DNA from: an uncultured Bacillota bacterium
GTDB lineage: Bacteria > Bacillota_I > Bacilli_A > RF39 > UBA660
Length of the DNA: 60,042 nucleotides
Reading direction: 5' to 3'
Assembly (NCBI GenBank): GCA_946630315.1
Contig: CAMOYT010000004.1
Location: 1-60,042 of the forward strand
Translations under genes and position numbers: made by a program
Notes under the pieces: model-generated
Databases searched by the model: none
Told to the model about the DNA's origin: nothing
What the model saw: only the letters and a program-made list of their open reading frames with translations
Shown: positions 48,835 to 59,533 of the stretch, piece by piece
Layout of the letters: each line of letters starts with the position of its first letter
Position numbering within the stretch: the first letter of the stretch is position 1

Positions 48835-50589
48835 TTACTTGTCTTCTTTCTTTTGTTCGTTTTCTTTTTCTAATGCTTTATAATCTACTTTGTTATATAA
48901 AGTTTTTGGTAATTCTTTTCTTACTTCAAATTCTTTAGGTACTGAGTAGATTGATAATTCTTTTTTACATAGTTCTTTTAATTCTTTTCTTAGTTTGGCA
49001 CTTTCTTTATATCCTGGATTTAATACTAGATAGGCTTTAGGAACGTGCATTTTATATTGATGAGGTATTCCTATTACACAACATTGTTTTACTGCTTCAT
49101 GGGAGTTTAATACTCTTTCAATCATTGCTGGATAGACATTAAATCCTGATACTACAATCATTCTCTTTAATCTTTGAGTATAATAAACAATTCCGTTAGC
49201 AGCAATATATCCTAAGTCTCCTGTATGAAGATAAGTTAATCCATCTTTATGTTTCTTTAAGACATTTTTAGTTTCTTCTTCATTATTTAAATATCCCATC
49301 ATTAAAGTTGGACCATTAACACAAATTTCTCCTTCTTCTCCTAATGGTAATTCTTCATTAGTTTCAGGATTTACTATTTTATATGTATTTCCTACCATTG
49401 GTATTCCAATACTACCTGGTTCATTTGTTCCTGGGAATGTATAGGCTGTTGCGGCAACTGATTCAGTCATACCATAACCTTTTAATATATTTACGTTTGC
49501 TCCATGGGTATGTAAGAAATCATTAATCTTTTGTTCTGCTTGAACAGATAAATAATCTCCACCAGATACCATATATTTTAATTGTGACATATCTAGATTA
49601 TCAAATCTATGATTAGACATCATACCTTCCCATAAAGTAGGTACTCCTAGTATTACATGTGGTCGATCATTTTTCCATATCTTATAGAATCTTCCAGCAT
49701 CATATTCTGGCATTAGAATTGTTTCTACTTTTAAGCATAATGGTGTATGTATACAAATACCTAGTCCAAAACCATGGAAGTTTGGAAGTACTGTTACTAT
49801 TTTATCTTTTGGTCTTACATCTATTACATTTACAGCAGCTTGTTGTGCCATAGCATTAAAACTATAATTAGAAATCATTATACCTTTTGGTGTACCAGTT
49901 GTTCCTCCACTATGTAGTATTACAGCACAGCTATCTTTATCTTGATTAGCATTAAAGTTTTTATTATAACTTCTTCCACGTAACATGAAATCTTTCCATC
50001 CCATATAATCTCTATCGGTAAAACTTGGTCTTTTCATTGTTATACTTCTTGTTATTGTATAGCCTAGTGATAAAGCTAGTGGCATACTTTCTTTTGGAGA
50101 TACTAGAATAGTTTTATATACTAATGTTTCTGGTATTACTTCTTTAAAGTTATCATAATCAAAGTCTACTAAGAATAGAAATCTTGATTTTGATTCTTTT
50201 AAATAGAACTTAATTTGCTCTGGACTACTTAGTGGGTGAACCATATCAGCTATAGCACCAATCTTATTAGTAGCATAGAAAGCATAAATTGCTTCTGGCA
50301 TATTAGGCATACAAATAGTTACTATGTCTCCTTCTTTTACTCCATAGCTTCTTAATGCTCTAGCACATACATCAATATTTTCAAAGAATTCATTATAACT
50401 AATTCTATTTTCAAAATAGTTTAATGCAATAAAGTCTCTATCTTCTCCTACTTCATCTTTCATATAATTATAAATAGTTTTATTTGTAAATTTGATTGAT
50501 CTTTCTTCTCTTGAATAGTATTCTAACCAAGGTTTGTTAGGATCTGTCTTTTTAAATAACTTAGTAAATAAATCTTTAAAAAAACGCAT
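48835..50589 (-). CDS. Long-chain acyl-CoA ligase, paralog of 16302-18029
   Basis: HSGGTTGTPK, GYGMTE, HTGDLG, LPKTLYNKVD; start could be 50598. Confidence 0.9.
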   Translation of the reverse strand: MRFFKDLFTKLFKKTDPNKPWLEYYSREERSIKFTNKTIYNYMKDEVGEDRDFIALNYFENRISYNEFFENIDVCARALRSYGVKEGDIVTICMPNMPEAIYAFYATNKIGAIADMVHPLSSPEQIKFYLKESKSRFLFLVDFDYDNFKEVIPETLVYKTILVSPKESMPLALSLGYTITRSITMKRPSFTDRDYMGWKDFMLRGRSYNKNFNANQDKDSCAVILHSGGTTGTPKGIMISNYSFNAMAQQAAVNVIDVRPKDKIVTVLPNFHGFGLGICIHTPLCLKVETILMPEYDAGRFYKIWKNDRPHVILGVPTLWEGMMSNHRFDNLDMSQLKYMVSGGDYLSVQAEQKINDFLHTHGANVNILKGYGMTESVAATAYTFPGTNEPGSIGIPMVGNTYKIVNPETNEELPLGEEGEICVNGPTLMMGYLNNEEETKNVLKKHKDGLTYLHTGDLGYIAANGIVYYTQRLKRMIVVSGFNVYPAMIERVLNSHEAVKQCCVIGIPHQYKMHVPKAYLVLNPGYKESAKLRKELKELCKKELSIYSVPKEFEVRKELPKTLYNKVDYKALEKENEQKKEDK

Positions 50590-50669
50590 TGTCATCACTC
50601 CATTTATTTATTTTCACTCTACTATTATACCACAAATTTAATAAATAAAAATAAAAAGGTTCATTGAAC

Positions 50670-52295
50670 CTATTTTATTTTATAAATGAATATTGTCTTA
50701 TTAGCATTATTAGTTGAATATCCATTATATTCATTTGACATTTTAGCTAATATTTTTGCTTTATTTGAATAATTATTAATAATAGATGCATAATTTGATA
50801 ATTTTTTAATGCCTTGATCATTAAATTCTTTAATACCATTTGATAAAGTATTAGCTCCATTATTTAATTCATTAGTACCTTCTTCTAAAGATAGTGCTCC
50901 TTGATATAGTTTATCTAATCCTGTTCCTAGGCTAGTTAATCCATTATCTATACTACTTGCTCCTGCTTCTACTTGGCTTAGTGTTCCTGATAGAGTTTTT
51001 GTTAAAGTTTGAATTTTAGTCGAAGATTCAGTTATTGTTCCTTTTAAAGCATTTAATCCTTCAATATTTTTATTATATAAGTAGATATTTTGGTTATTTC
51101 CATCATATAACTTTTTATAAGTTAAAAGATTAGTCATTGTTTGTTCATCAATATATCCTGCTTGTAACATAGCAGATAAAGTACTAGTTAATTCTTCTTC
51201 ACTTTTTGTTATATCAAGACCACTTTTTGTGAAGTTTTCTGCAAAAGTTTTATTTAAATTTTGTAGACTTTCAATAGCTTGGTTATCTCCTGCTACTAAT
51301 TTATCTACATCTTCAAATGGATTTATTGGATTACCAGATTCATCATAATATGATTTATTCATTTCTTCTATTTGACTATTTAATACTTGTAATATTTGGT
51401 TTAGAGCTCCATCTAGACTATTTGCTCCCTCTTTTAAGCTATTTACTCCAGATACTACTGTTTCTAAATTATTAGCTATTTGGGTAGATCCTTCTTTAAT
51501 CTTAGTAGTACCAGATGTTAATTCATTTGAACCTGATTCAATCTTATTCATGTTTTCTTGTAATAGATTAATTGATGATGATAAGTTATCTAATTTTGAT
51601 AATTTAGATATATCTATTTCTTCTAATAGTTTTGGTGTTGCAGCTACATATAGTTCTTTTTCTTCAAACTTTGTTGTTTTATATGTAATTGTAATTTTAT
51701 CTAAGTCTTTTAACTCATCTATTTTTAAATTATCATACATTCCAGGTGCAGCTATGGCTGCTATTGCTGAAGTTTTACCATTATCTATTATTTCACCATT
51801 AGATACTTCTATATTGGAATTATATTTATTATTTAAAGTTGTTGCTAAAACTACAACATATGGATTATACATACCATAATTAGAATTATATGAATTATTT
51901 TGTAATAATACTTCTATTTTTATATTACCTTTTTTATTTTTTATATCTTTTACATTTACTAATTCATTATTTAAATAATAATTTGTTTTAATAGTAATTG
52001 GTTGTTCTAGAGTATTAGGTGCTTGATAATAAATATCTTTTCCTTTAGCTTCCCATGTTAATCTATTATTATTTAAAGTAAATTTTTCTTCTCCATTAAT
52101 ATTAGTTATTTTATTTAATAATGTATAGTCTTCATAAGATGTATTATCTAAATTAGTTAACTTAGTATTTACATTTGATTTAATTACTTTTCCATTTAAA
52201 TCTAAATTTGTATAGATAGTTTCTGTTTTATTTGCTGCAAAAACTGATAGTGGACATAGTAATAATGCTATAAGTAAGAATAATTTCTTTTTCAT
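50670..52295 (-). CDS. Secreted YhgE/Pip-like coiled-coil protein
   Basis: Signal peptide, KTETIY, L..G heptad repeats; coupled to the MMPL gene. Confidence 0.7.
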   Translation of the reverse strand: MKKKLFLLIALLLCPLSVFAANKTETIYTNLDLNGKVIKSNVNTKLTNLDNTSYEDYTLLNKITNINGEEKFTLNNNRLTWEAKGKDIYYQAPNTLEQPITIKTNYYLNNELVNVKDIKNKKGNIKIEVLLQNNSYNSNYGMYNPYVVVLATTLNNKYNSNIEVSNGEIIDNGKTSAIAAIAAPGMYDNLKIDELKDLDKITITYKTTKFEEKELYVAATPKLLEEIDISKLSKLDNLSSSINLLQENMNKIESGSNELTSGTTKIKEGSTQIANNLETVVSGVNSLKEGANSLDGALNQILQVLNSQIEEMNKSYYDESGNPINPFEDVDKLVAGDNQAIESLQNLNKTFAENFTKSGLDITKSEEELTSTLSAMLQAGYIDEQTMTNLLTYKKLYDGNNQNIYLYNKNIEGLNALKGTITESSTKIQTLTKTLSGTLSQVEAGASSIDNGLTSLGTGLDKLYQGALSLEEGTNELNNGANTLSNGIKEFNDQGIKKLSNYASIINNYSNKAKILAKMSNEYNGYSTNNANKTIFIYKIK

Positions 52296-52296
52296 A

Positions 52297-54363
52297 TTAT
52301 TTAGCCTCCTTTGTTTTAGTAAATTTCATTATAAATTTATCTAGTAACATTAAAATGCTTGGTAATATTAAGATTACTACTAGCATACTAATTATAGATC
52401 CTCTAGATAATAGTGTTGTTATTGAACCAATCATATCTATCTTAGTATATAAAGATACTCCTATTGTTGCAGCAAAGAAGCATAAACCAGATGTTAAGAT
52501 AGATGGTACTGTTGCTGATAAAGTCTTTTGCATGGCTTTTTCTTTGTTTTTTTCTTTACTTCTTTCTTCTAAGTATTTAGTAGACATTAATATTGCATAA
52601 TCTATTGTTGCACCTAATTGGATTGTTCCTACTATTATACTAGCTATAAATGGAAGCGTTGTTCCAGTATAGTATGCACAAGCCATATTTATGAAGATAG
52701 CAAATTCTATTGCTACTATTAAAATTATTGGTAACGAGAATGATTTTAAGACTAATAGCATTATGACAAATATAACAGCAATTGATGTATAATTAACTGC
52801 TTTAAAGTCATGATCTGCAATCTTTACTAAATCATTCATTAATGGACCTTCTCCTGCTAAGATAGCTTTTTTATCATAAACTTTTATTAATGCATTCATC
52901 TCTTCTATTTGTTTATTTAGTTTAGGAGATGCTATTTCATAGTCAGAATTAACTATAATTAATTTATATTTATCATTATCAATTAGATTTTTTACATCTT
53001 CTGGTAATAATTCACTTATTGTTGGATCTAGTAATTCACTTGTAGATAGAACACTACTTACTCCATCTAATTTCTTTAATTCTTTTGTTAATTCTTCTAT
53101 CTTATCATTCTTAGTTTTTGAATCTAATATAATCATTTCAGTAGAGATAATATTATATTTTTCTGCTAATTTTGAATTAGATACTTGAGATGGTAAATTA
53201 TTTGGAAGCGATTCATCTAATTTATAATAGACATTATAGTTACTATTACCAATATATGCTGGTATTAATAATAAGATAAATATAACTAAAATTAACTTAT
53301 TATGTTTTAAAACAAATGATTGTACTCTTTTTAATTCAGGTAATAATACTTTATGTTGATACTTATCTATTTGTTTATCAAATACTAATAATAGTGCTGG
53401 AAATATTGTCATTACACATAATAGACCACAGACTATTCCTTTAGCCATTACTATTCCTATATCTTTGCCTAGTGTTAGTTGCATTGTACATAGGGCTAAA
53501 AATCCAGCAAATGTAGTTAATGATGAACCTAGAACTGATGTAAATGTATCTTGTATTGCTAGTGCCATATTTTCTTGATTAGTGTTCTTTTTATTGTTCT
53601 TTTTAGCTTGCTGATACTTATGATATAAGAATATTGAGAAATCTGTTGTTACAGCTAGTTGAAGAATTGCTGCTATTGCTTTTGTAATATATGATATTTC
53701 TCCTAAGAAGTAATTTGTTCCCATATTATAGATTATTGCTATACCAATATTTAAAAGTAATAAGAAAGGTATTATATATGAATCTGTTGAGATTACAAGT
53801 ACTATTAAGCATAAAATTACAGCAATTAAGACATAAGCTACTATTTCTTGATCAGATAGGTTTTTAGTATCTAATACCATTTGTGATAGACTATTTACGT
53901 TACTGGCATCTTCTACTATTTTATTTACTTTATCTAAGGCAACTAGTGTAGTTTCTGCTGATGTTCCATCTTTAAATGTTACTACTACTATTGTTTCATT
54001 ATCATGATAAAGTTTATTTAATATTTCATCTGGTAACATATCTTTTGATATTGTTGTACCAAGTAAATCTACAATGCTTACTACTTGATTTACTCCATCT
54101 ACTTTTTTTATTTTTTCTTCTAATTTTAATATTTCTTTTTCATTTCTATTATCTGTCATTATAAAAGCATATGAACCTATTCCTAAATCATCTTTTAGGA
54201 TATTTTGACCTTTTATTGTTTCTATGTTATCTGGTAAATATACTAGAATATTATAATTAATCTTGGTATTTATATATCCAAAGATGCATGGTATAAGTAA
54301 TAATAATCCTATGATTACTATTAATTTATTATGCTTAGTTATAAAACTAGATATTTTTTTCAT
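52297..54363 (-). CDS. MMPL/RND family transporter
   Basis: Two TM repeats with QLAVTTDFSIFL and QLGATIDYAIL. Confidence 0.88.
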   Translation of the reverse strand: MKKISSFITKHNKLIVIIGLLLLIPCIFGYINTKINYNILVYLPDNIETIKGQNILKDDLGIGSYAFIMTDNRNEKEILKLEEKIKKVDGVNQVVSIVDLLGTTISKDMLPDEILNKLYHDNETIVVVTFKDGTSAETTLVALDKVNKIVEDASNVNSLSQMVLDTKNLSDQEIVAYVLIAVILCLIVLVISTDSYIIPFLLLLNIGIAIIYNMGTNYFLGEISYITKAIAAILQLAVTTDFSIFLYHKYQQAKKNNKKNTNQENMALAIQDTFTSVLGSSLTTFAGFLALCTMQLTLGKDIGIVMAKGIVCGLLCVMTIFPALLLVFDKQIDKYQHKVLLPELKRVQSFVLKHNKLILVIFILLLIPAYIGNSNYNVYYKLDESLPNNLPSQVSNSKLAEKYNIISTEMIILDSKTKNDKIEELTKELKKLDGVSSVLSTSELLDPTISELLPEDVKNLIDNDKYKLIIVNSDYEIASPKLNKQIEEMNALIKVYDKKAILAGEGPLMNDLVKIADHDFKAVNYTSIAVIFVIMLLVLKSFSLPIILIVAIEFAIFINMACAYYTGTTLPFIASIIVGTIQLGATIDYAILMSTKYLEERSKEKNKEKAMQKTLSATVPSILTSGLCFFAATIGVSLYTKIDMIGSITTLLSRGSIISMLVVILILPSILMLLDKFIMKFTKTKEAK

Positions 54364-54480
54364 AGTATTCCTCCTTTTCAAATAGTTATTTTATATCATT
54401 TCAATTAATTGTTATAGAATTTATGCTCTTAAATTGTCTAGTAACCAACTATTATGCTTTTTATGTTGTTATTTTATCAT

Positions 54481-54508
54481 ACATTTGTAGGTATATCTTT
54501 ACAAATGT
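54481..54508. promoter_or_regulatory. Inverted repeat, candidate TetR operator
   Basis: ACATTTGTA-N10-TACAAATGT between the divergent MMPL and TetR genes. Confidence 0.5.
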
Positions 54509-54545
54509 GTGTATTTATGAAATAATTTAATTGGGTGATGAGAAT

Positions 54546-55127
54546 ATGAAAAAGAAAGAAGATTTACGTATTGTTAAAACTAAAAAGAATTTATATGAAG
54601 GACTTTTAAAATTAATGAAAGATAAATCTTTTGAAAATATTAAAGTGTCTGAAATATGTGCTGTCGCTTTAGTTAATAGAAGTACTTTTTATGATCATTT
54701 TACTGATAAATATGAATTATTAGAGGGAATGATAAGAGATTTACAATTAGAGTTCGAAGATGAATTATCTCAATATGAGTCAGAAGAATCTGATAGAACA
54801 TTTTATTTTAAATTAATTGGTTTATTATATGATCATATATTTAATAATTATGAGATTTATTCTAATGTTTTAAAAAATAATTTTAGTAGTGTTGCAAAAG
54901 ATATGTTAAAGAATAAAGCTATTATTGATGTTACTAATAGAATACAAAAACTTAATTTAAATAAGAAAGCAACAGCTGAATTTATTGCTAGATTTTATGT
55001 TTCAGCAATCATTGAAGTTGGTATTATGGTAGTTGAGTCACCAAATAAAATGACAAAAGATGAGTTCTTTGATTGCTTATATGAACTTATACCTGAATCT
55101 ATATTTCAAAAACTAATTAAAAATTAA
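54546..55127 (+). CDS. TetR/AcrR family regulator
   Basis: DLRIVKTK...IKVSEICAVALVNRSTFYDHF.DKY. Confidence 0.93.
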   Translation: MKKKEDLRIVKTKKNLYEGLLKLMKDKSFENIKVSEICAVALVNRSTFYDHFTDKYELLEGMIRDLQLEFEDELSQYESEESDRTFYFKLIGLLYDHIFNNYEIYSNVLKNNFSSVAKDMLKNKAIIDVTNRIQKLNLNKKATAEFIARFYVSAIIEVGIMVVESPNKMTKDEFFDCLYELIPESIFQKLIKN

Positions 55128-55165
55128 TTAGTTTTTTTATGTTATAATGTTATAGGTGATAAAAA

Positions 55166-55729
55166 ATGGAAGAAGTTCTTAATTATTTTTCATATAACTC
55201 AGTTGTTATATTAACTTATTTTTTTATTAGTTTAGGAGCTTTTATTTTAAATACTATTAGTAAAGGCAAAGCTAACAAGTTACTTTTTAGTACATATAGA
55301 AGTTCTTTATTTAATCCACTTACTTATGTAAGATTATTTACTCATTGTCTTGGTCATGAAAACTGGAATCATTTTATGAATAATTTTTTAACTATTTTAT
55401 TAGTTGGACCTATGCTTGAAGAAAAATATGGTAGTATTCCAATACTACAAGCTATACTAATAACTGCATTAATTACTGGTATATTTAATAGTATATTTTT
55501 TAAAAATGTATCTTTAAAGGGAGCTAGTGGTACTGTATATATGTTTATACTTTTATCTTCTTTTGTTAATATTAGTCAAGGAAAGATACCTATTACTTTA
55601 ATCTTAATCTTCTTATTTTATATTGTTAGTGAGATTAGAGATGGTCTATTTAAAAAAGATAATATTTCTCATATGGGACATTTGATTGGTGCTATTAGTG
55701 GTTGTATATTTGGTTATTTTGTATTTTAA
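55166..55729 (+). CDS. Rhomboid family intramembrane serine protease
   Basis: H...HF.NN, GASG catalytic Ser, HMGHL.G. Confidence 0.88.
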   Translation: MEEVLNYFSYNSVVILTYFFISLGAFILNTISKGKANKLLFSTYRSSLFNPLTYVRLFTHCLGHENWNHFMNNFLTILLVGPMLEEKYGSIPILQAILITALITGIFNSIFFKNVSLKGASGTVYMFILLSSFVNISQGKIPITLILIFLFYIVSEIRDGLFKKDNISHMGHLIGAISGCIFGYFVF

Positions 55730-55737
55730 AAAGAGTA

Positions 55738-56346
55738 TTATTCATACTCTTTTTTGTTTTCTACAAAGTCTCCTACTTTAATATATTTTTTACTTTTGTT
55801 ATTTACTAGAATATCTTTAAATTTAATTATTAATGGATCAGAATTAAAGAAATCTATTCCATTATTTACTTGCATATGAATATGTGCTCCTTTTGTTCTT
55901 CCTGAATTACCTACTCTTGCGATTATTTGTCCTTGTCTTACAATATCGCCTTCTTTTACTGTGAATGAGTTTTTCTTTATGTGACAAATTGTAACATATT
56001 CATTGTTATCTGCTTTTATTATGATATAGTTACCACGTACATCTTTTGTATCTTGAGATACTCTTAAATCTGGATAAGCCTTACTATCTTTTATTCCATC
56101 TATTATTACTAGGACAAAACCATCTACTGGAGATATTATTGGCTCATTATATCCAAAATAGTTTTCATTAATATGCCCATCATCGTGATAGTATTTACCA
56201 TCTATATTTTTATCAAAGTCATAAGCCCAACGTTGTCCATATATATCATAAGAATGAGAATCTTTCTTCTTATATCCACCATATGTTATATACCATTTAC
56301 CTATTGTAGGAATGATATATTTATTTTTAGTCTTTTTATTAATCAT
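55738..56346 (-). CDS. M23 family metallopeptidase
   Basis: AYDF, PVDG.V, GNYIII, CH, VGNSG...HIH. Confidence 0.88.
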   Translation of the reverse strand: MINKKTKNKYIIPTIGKWYITYGGYKKKDSHSYDIYGQRWAYDFDKNIDGKYYHDDGHINENYFGYNEPIISPVDGFVLVIIDGIKDSKAYPDLRVSQDTKDVRGNYIIIKADNNEYVTICHIKKNSFTVKEGDIVRQGQIIARVGNSGRTKGAHIHMQVNNGIDFFNSDPLIIKFKDILVNNKSKKYIKVGDFVENKKEYE

Positions 56347-56704
56347 TTAAGACACTTCCATCTACTTCATAACCATTAACTAGATACATACTAATACTAT
56401 CTTCATAATTAATAATAGTGCATATATTTTTAGTTTGTTTATCTGTTACTATTTTCATTTCTATGCAATCATAATTATCTTTTTTTGTTATCCATTTCAT
56501 AAAATTATTAAATTTTACTTCTTTTATTGTTCCATATTTATCTTTTAATATATTTGATGTTTCTACTGTATCTTTAACATTAGAAAAAGTAGTCTCAACA
56601 TTTTCCATATAAGTATTATGAAATATTATAGAAAAAGATATTAATATTACTAATACTATTCCTAATATTATAAATACTTTTTTATTGTTTTTTTTCTTGT
56701 TCAT
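56339..56704 (-). CDS. Hypothetical membrane-anchored protein
   Basis: Basic N-terminus plus one TM helix; overlaps the M23 start. Confidence 0.65.
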   Translation of the reverse strand: MNKKKNNKKVFIILGIVLVILISFSIIFHNTYMENVETTFSNVKDTVETSNILKDKYGTIKEVKFNNFMKWITKKDNYDCIEMKIVTDKQTKNICTIINYEDSISMYLVNGYEVDGSVLND

Positions 56705-56751
56705 AGTATCACCAACTATATTATAGCATAAGAAAAAGTAGATTACTCTAC

Positions 56752-57498
56752 TTATATTTCTTGTTTAATTATTTTATTATATTTATCTAATAATGTTTGG
56801 TCTGTAAACATTACTTGATTATTAGTTAAATTCCATTTATCTTGATTTGTACTTAATAAATCAATAGCTTCTTCTGAGATATCTAATACTTTTATACTTT
56901 TATCTATTAGACTATTTAATTCTTTAACATCATTTTCTGGAATTCCATTAGTTCCAATTGCTAAAGATTTGTACATTTCTTCATATTTAGAAGATACATC
57001 TTTTTTAGTAATATATTCCATTATAGTTTCTTCTTCTAATAATTTATTTAAATCTTCTTTATTCTTATTGATAGATTCTTTAGTAGTCTTTATATATTCT
57101 TTACTTGCTTTAAATTCTTTACCATCATTTTTTATATTTTCTGGAGATAATAAGTTAGTTAATTGTTTATCTCCTAATAAATTAATAGTAGTGTCTAATT
57201 CAGTATATAAATCTATTATATATTCTTCTAAAGCTTCTTCTACTACTTGTCTTTTTCTGGTTGTAATTGTACCTTCCATTTCTTTTTTAATATTATCTAA
57301 GTTTACTTTATTATTGGTATAACCTATTGTTGATATTTTCTCAACTTCTTCATTTAATGCTTGCATCTCATTTTTATCTTTAATATTATTTGTTATTAAA
57401 ACAATGATTGCTGTTGCGATACATGCTAGTACACAAAATACTGCTACTACTATAGTTATTATTATCCAAACCCTATTACTCTTTTTATTTTCTTCCAT
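56752..57498 (-). CDS. Hypothetical membrane-anchored helical protein
   Basis: GAGGAG RBS, N-terminal TM helix, coiled-coil-like body. Confidence 0.7.
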   Translation of the reverse strand: MEENKKSNRVWIIITIVVAVFCVLACIATAIIVLITNNIKDKNEMQALNEEVEKISTIGYTNNKVNLDNIKKEMEGTITTRKRQVVEEALEEYIIDLYTELDTTINLLGDKQLTNLLSPENIKNDGKEFKASKEYIKTTKESINKNKEDLNKLLEEETIMEYITKKDVSSKYEEMYKSLAIGTNGIPENDVKELNSLIDKSIKVLDISEEAIDLLSTNQDKWNLTNNQVMFTDQTLLDKYNKIIKQEI

Positions 57499-57517
57499 AA
57501 TTATCTCCTCGTAATTA

Positions 57518-58375
57518 TTATAATACTTTCTTTTGCTTTTTTAAATATTTAAATAATTCATCTTTTGATATGATATAATCTCTTCTTCCTAAATCATATT
57601 GTTCTTGAATTATTTTTTTGTTTTTTTCTATTCTTTTGATTGGTACTACTCTAGATGGTCTTATTACAAAAATTCTTCCTAGAGCTTCTAATGATATAAC
57701 TTCTTCTTTTTCTTGATTATATTTAATATTTCTATTTTGAAGTGTTTTTAAGAACTTAGGATATTTTTTATATTTAAAGTTCATTATCTTTATTTCTTTA
57801 TTCTTTTTACGATATTCTTTAGTCCTAGTTTCAACAACTATTATTTTGTCATAGCCTAATTCTATTGCTTTTCTAACTGGTATTGAATCTGCTATACCAC
57901 CATCTAAGTATTTTTTAGAACCTATTTCTACTATTTTAGATACACCTGGCATAGATGATCCGGCTCTTAATATCTCAATATCTTTTTCAGCATCTTTTAT
58001 TTCAATATATTCTGCTTTACCTGATTGAACATTGGTTACTGTACAATACAATTTTATTTTTGATTTATTATATGTTTCATAATCAAATTTATCTAGTTTT
58101 TCTGGAATATCATAATAAGCAAATTGCTTTGATACTATATTTCCTTCTTTTAGCAATGGATATAAGCCCATATATCTTTTATCATTACAATATTCTTTAT
58201 TATATCGTATTGCTCTTCCTGGTTGGTTAGATAAATAATTTACTGCTATTAAGCTACCCATAGATACACCTATAATTGCATCTATTTTAATATCATCTTT
58301 TATTAGTTCATCTAATACCCCAGCTGTATATATACCTCTTAATGCGCCTCCTTCAAGGACTAAACATGTTTTCAT
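57518..58375 (-). CDS. Patatin-like phospholipase
   Basis: EGGALRG, GVSMG, DGG. Confidence 0.93.
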   Translation of the reverse strand: MKTCLVLEGGALRGIYTAGVLDELIKDDIKIDAIIGVSMGSLIAVNYLSNQPGRAIRYNKEYCNDKRYMGLYPLLKEGNIVSKQFAYYDIPEKLDKFDYETYNKSKIKLYCTVTNVQSGKAEYIEIKDAEKDIEILRAGSSMPGVSKIVEIGSKKYLDGGIADSIPVRKAIELGYDKIIVVETRTKEYRKKNKEIKIMNFKYKKYPKFLKTLQNRNIKYNQEKEEVISLEALGRIFVIRPSRVVPIKRIEKNKKIIQEQYDLGRRDYIISKDELFKYLKKQKKVL

Positions 58376-58416
58376 AATATCACCAATTTTATTATAACAA
58401 AAAGAAGAGTTTTTTA

Positions 58417-59337
58417 CTACTCTTCTTTTGTTTCTTTAGATACAGTATTAAATACTAAGCCTTTATTTTTTAAATCATTTATGGTTACTTGATTTGTACT
58501 TAAGGCATCATATAATGTTAATTCTTTATAATAATTAGATAATTTAATATATTGTTGTTTCTTACAATCAAAAGTGTATTGATTAGTTTCATCTTCGTAG
58601 AATATTTCTGGTGGTAATGGGTTGTTTTTATCTTCACTTTTACATATATCTTCAGGAGATGTATCTTCTATTTTAAAAGTGAAAGCAAAATCATCATCTT
58701 TAAATGTACAAAAGTCTGATTGAATTTCAGTATCTTTACTTGTAAAATAAAGACTTTTCTTATCATTTTTATTATTACAACGATATAGTTTTATACCATC
58801 TTTGGCATACTCATTATTCTCATCAATATATATTTCTGTAGATTTATCTTCACCTAAGCCAGAGTATGGAATAATATTAGTTATATTTTGATCTTTAAAG
58901 AATGTATTATACTTTGTTTCTTTATTATTTTCAGTTATTTTTAAGTCATTTATGCAATATGTATATACTTTAATATCTTCTGTTGCATAAATTAATTTTG
59001 ATGCAGTACAATCATCTTCTTTTGTATATGAAAGTTTTACTACTTTTTTATCACTTGTTTTTCTGGCTTCTAAGTTTAATTCAAATAATAATACTTTAAA
59101 AGTAATATCTTTTGAATCTTTCATTGATTCCTTTTCGGAAATAGTTATTTTTCTTTCGACAATATAGAAGAAACCACGATATTTTTGTATTTTAGTTTTT
59201 CTATCATATGATTTTATTGCAAACATTGGTTCTTCATTGTCTAAGACTCTTGTATAGTCAATTAGACATGTTAGTATACCTAAAACTACTACTAATATAA
59301 GAAGTTTAGCAAAAAAACCTAGTCTTTTTTTCTTCAT
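58417..59337 (-). CDS. Hypothetical membrane-anchored Cys-containing protein
   Basis: GAGG RBS, N-terminal TM helix, 306-aa ORF. Confidence 0.7.
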   Translation of the reverse strand: MKKKRLGFFAKLLILVVVLGILTCLIDYTRVLDNEEPMFAIKSYDRKTKIQKYRGFFYIVERKITISEKESMKDSKDITFKVLLFELNLEARKTSDKKVVKLSYTKEDDCTASKLIYATEDIKVYTYCINDLKITENNKETKYNTFFKDQNITNIIPYSGLGEDKSTEIYIDENNEYAKDGIKLYRCNNKNDKKSLYFTSKDTEIQSDFCTFKDDDFAFTFKIEDTSPEDICKSEDKNNPLPPEIFYEDETNQYTFDCKKQQYIKLSNYYKELTLYDALSTNQVTINDLKNKGLVFNTVSKETKEE

Positions 59338-59410
59338 AGTCCAACCTCTTTCTTATTATCTATTTAAATTATACTATTAATAAATTTATTTATCAATTAA
59401 AAAAGAAGAG

Positions 59411-59521
59411 TTAATCTTCTTTTTCTATATCTTTTTCAAGTGCTCTAAAATCTACTTTACCTATTTTTGTTGTTGGTAGTTTTTTTCTAAAAACATATTC
59501 TTTTGGTAAGGCATAAATACT
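59411..59521 (-). pseudogene. 3' remnant of an acyl-CoA ligase gene
   Basis: Minus-strand frame SIYALPKEYVFRKKLPTTKIGKVDFRALEKDIEKED* matches the C-termini of both intact ligases; no start codon or RBS. Confidence 0.8.
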
Positions 59522-59533
59522 TATTAAAGTCTT

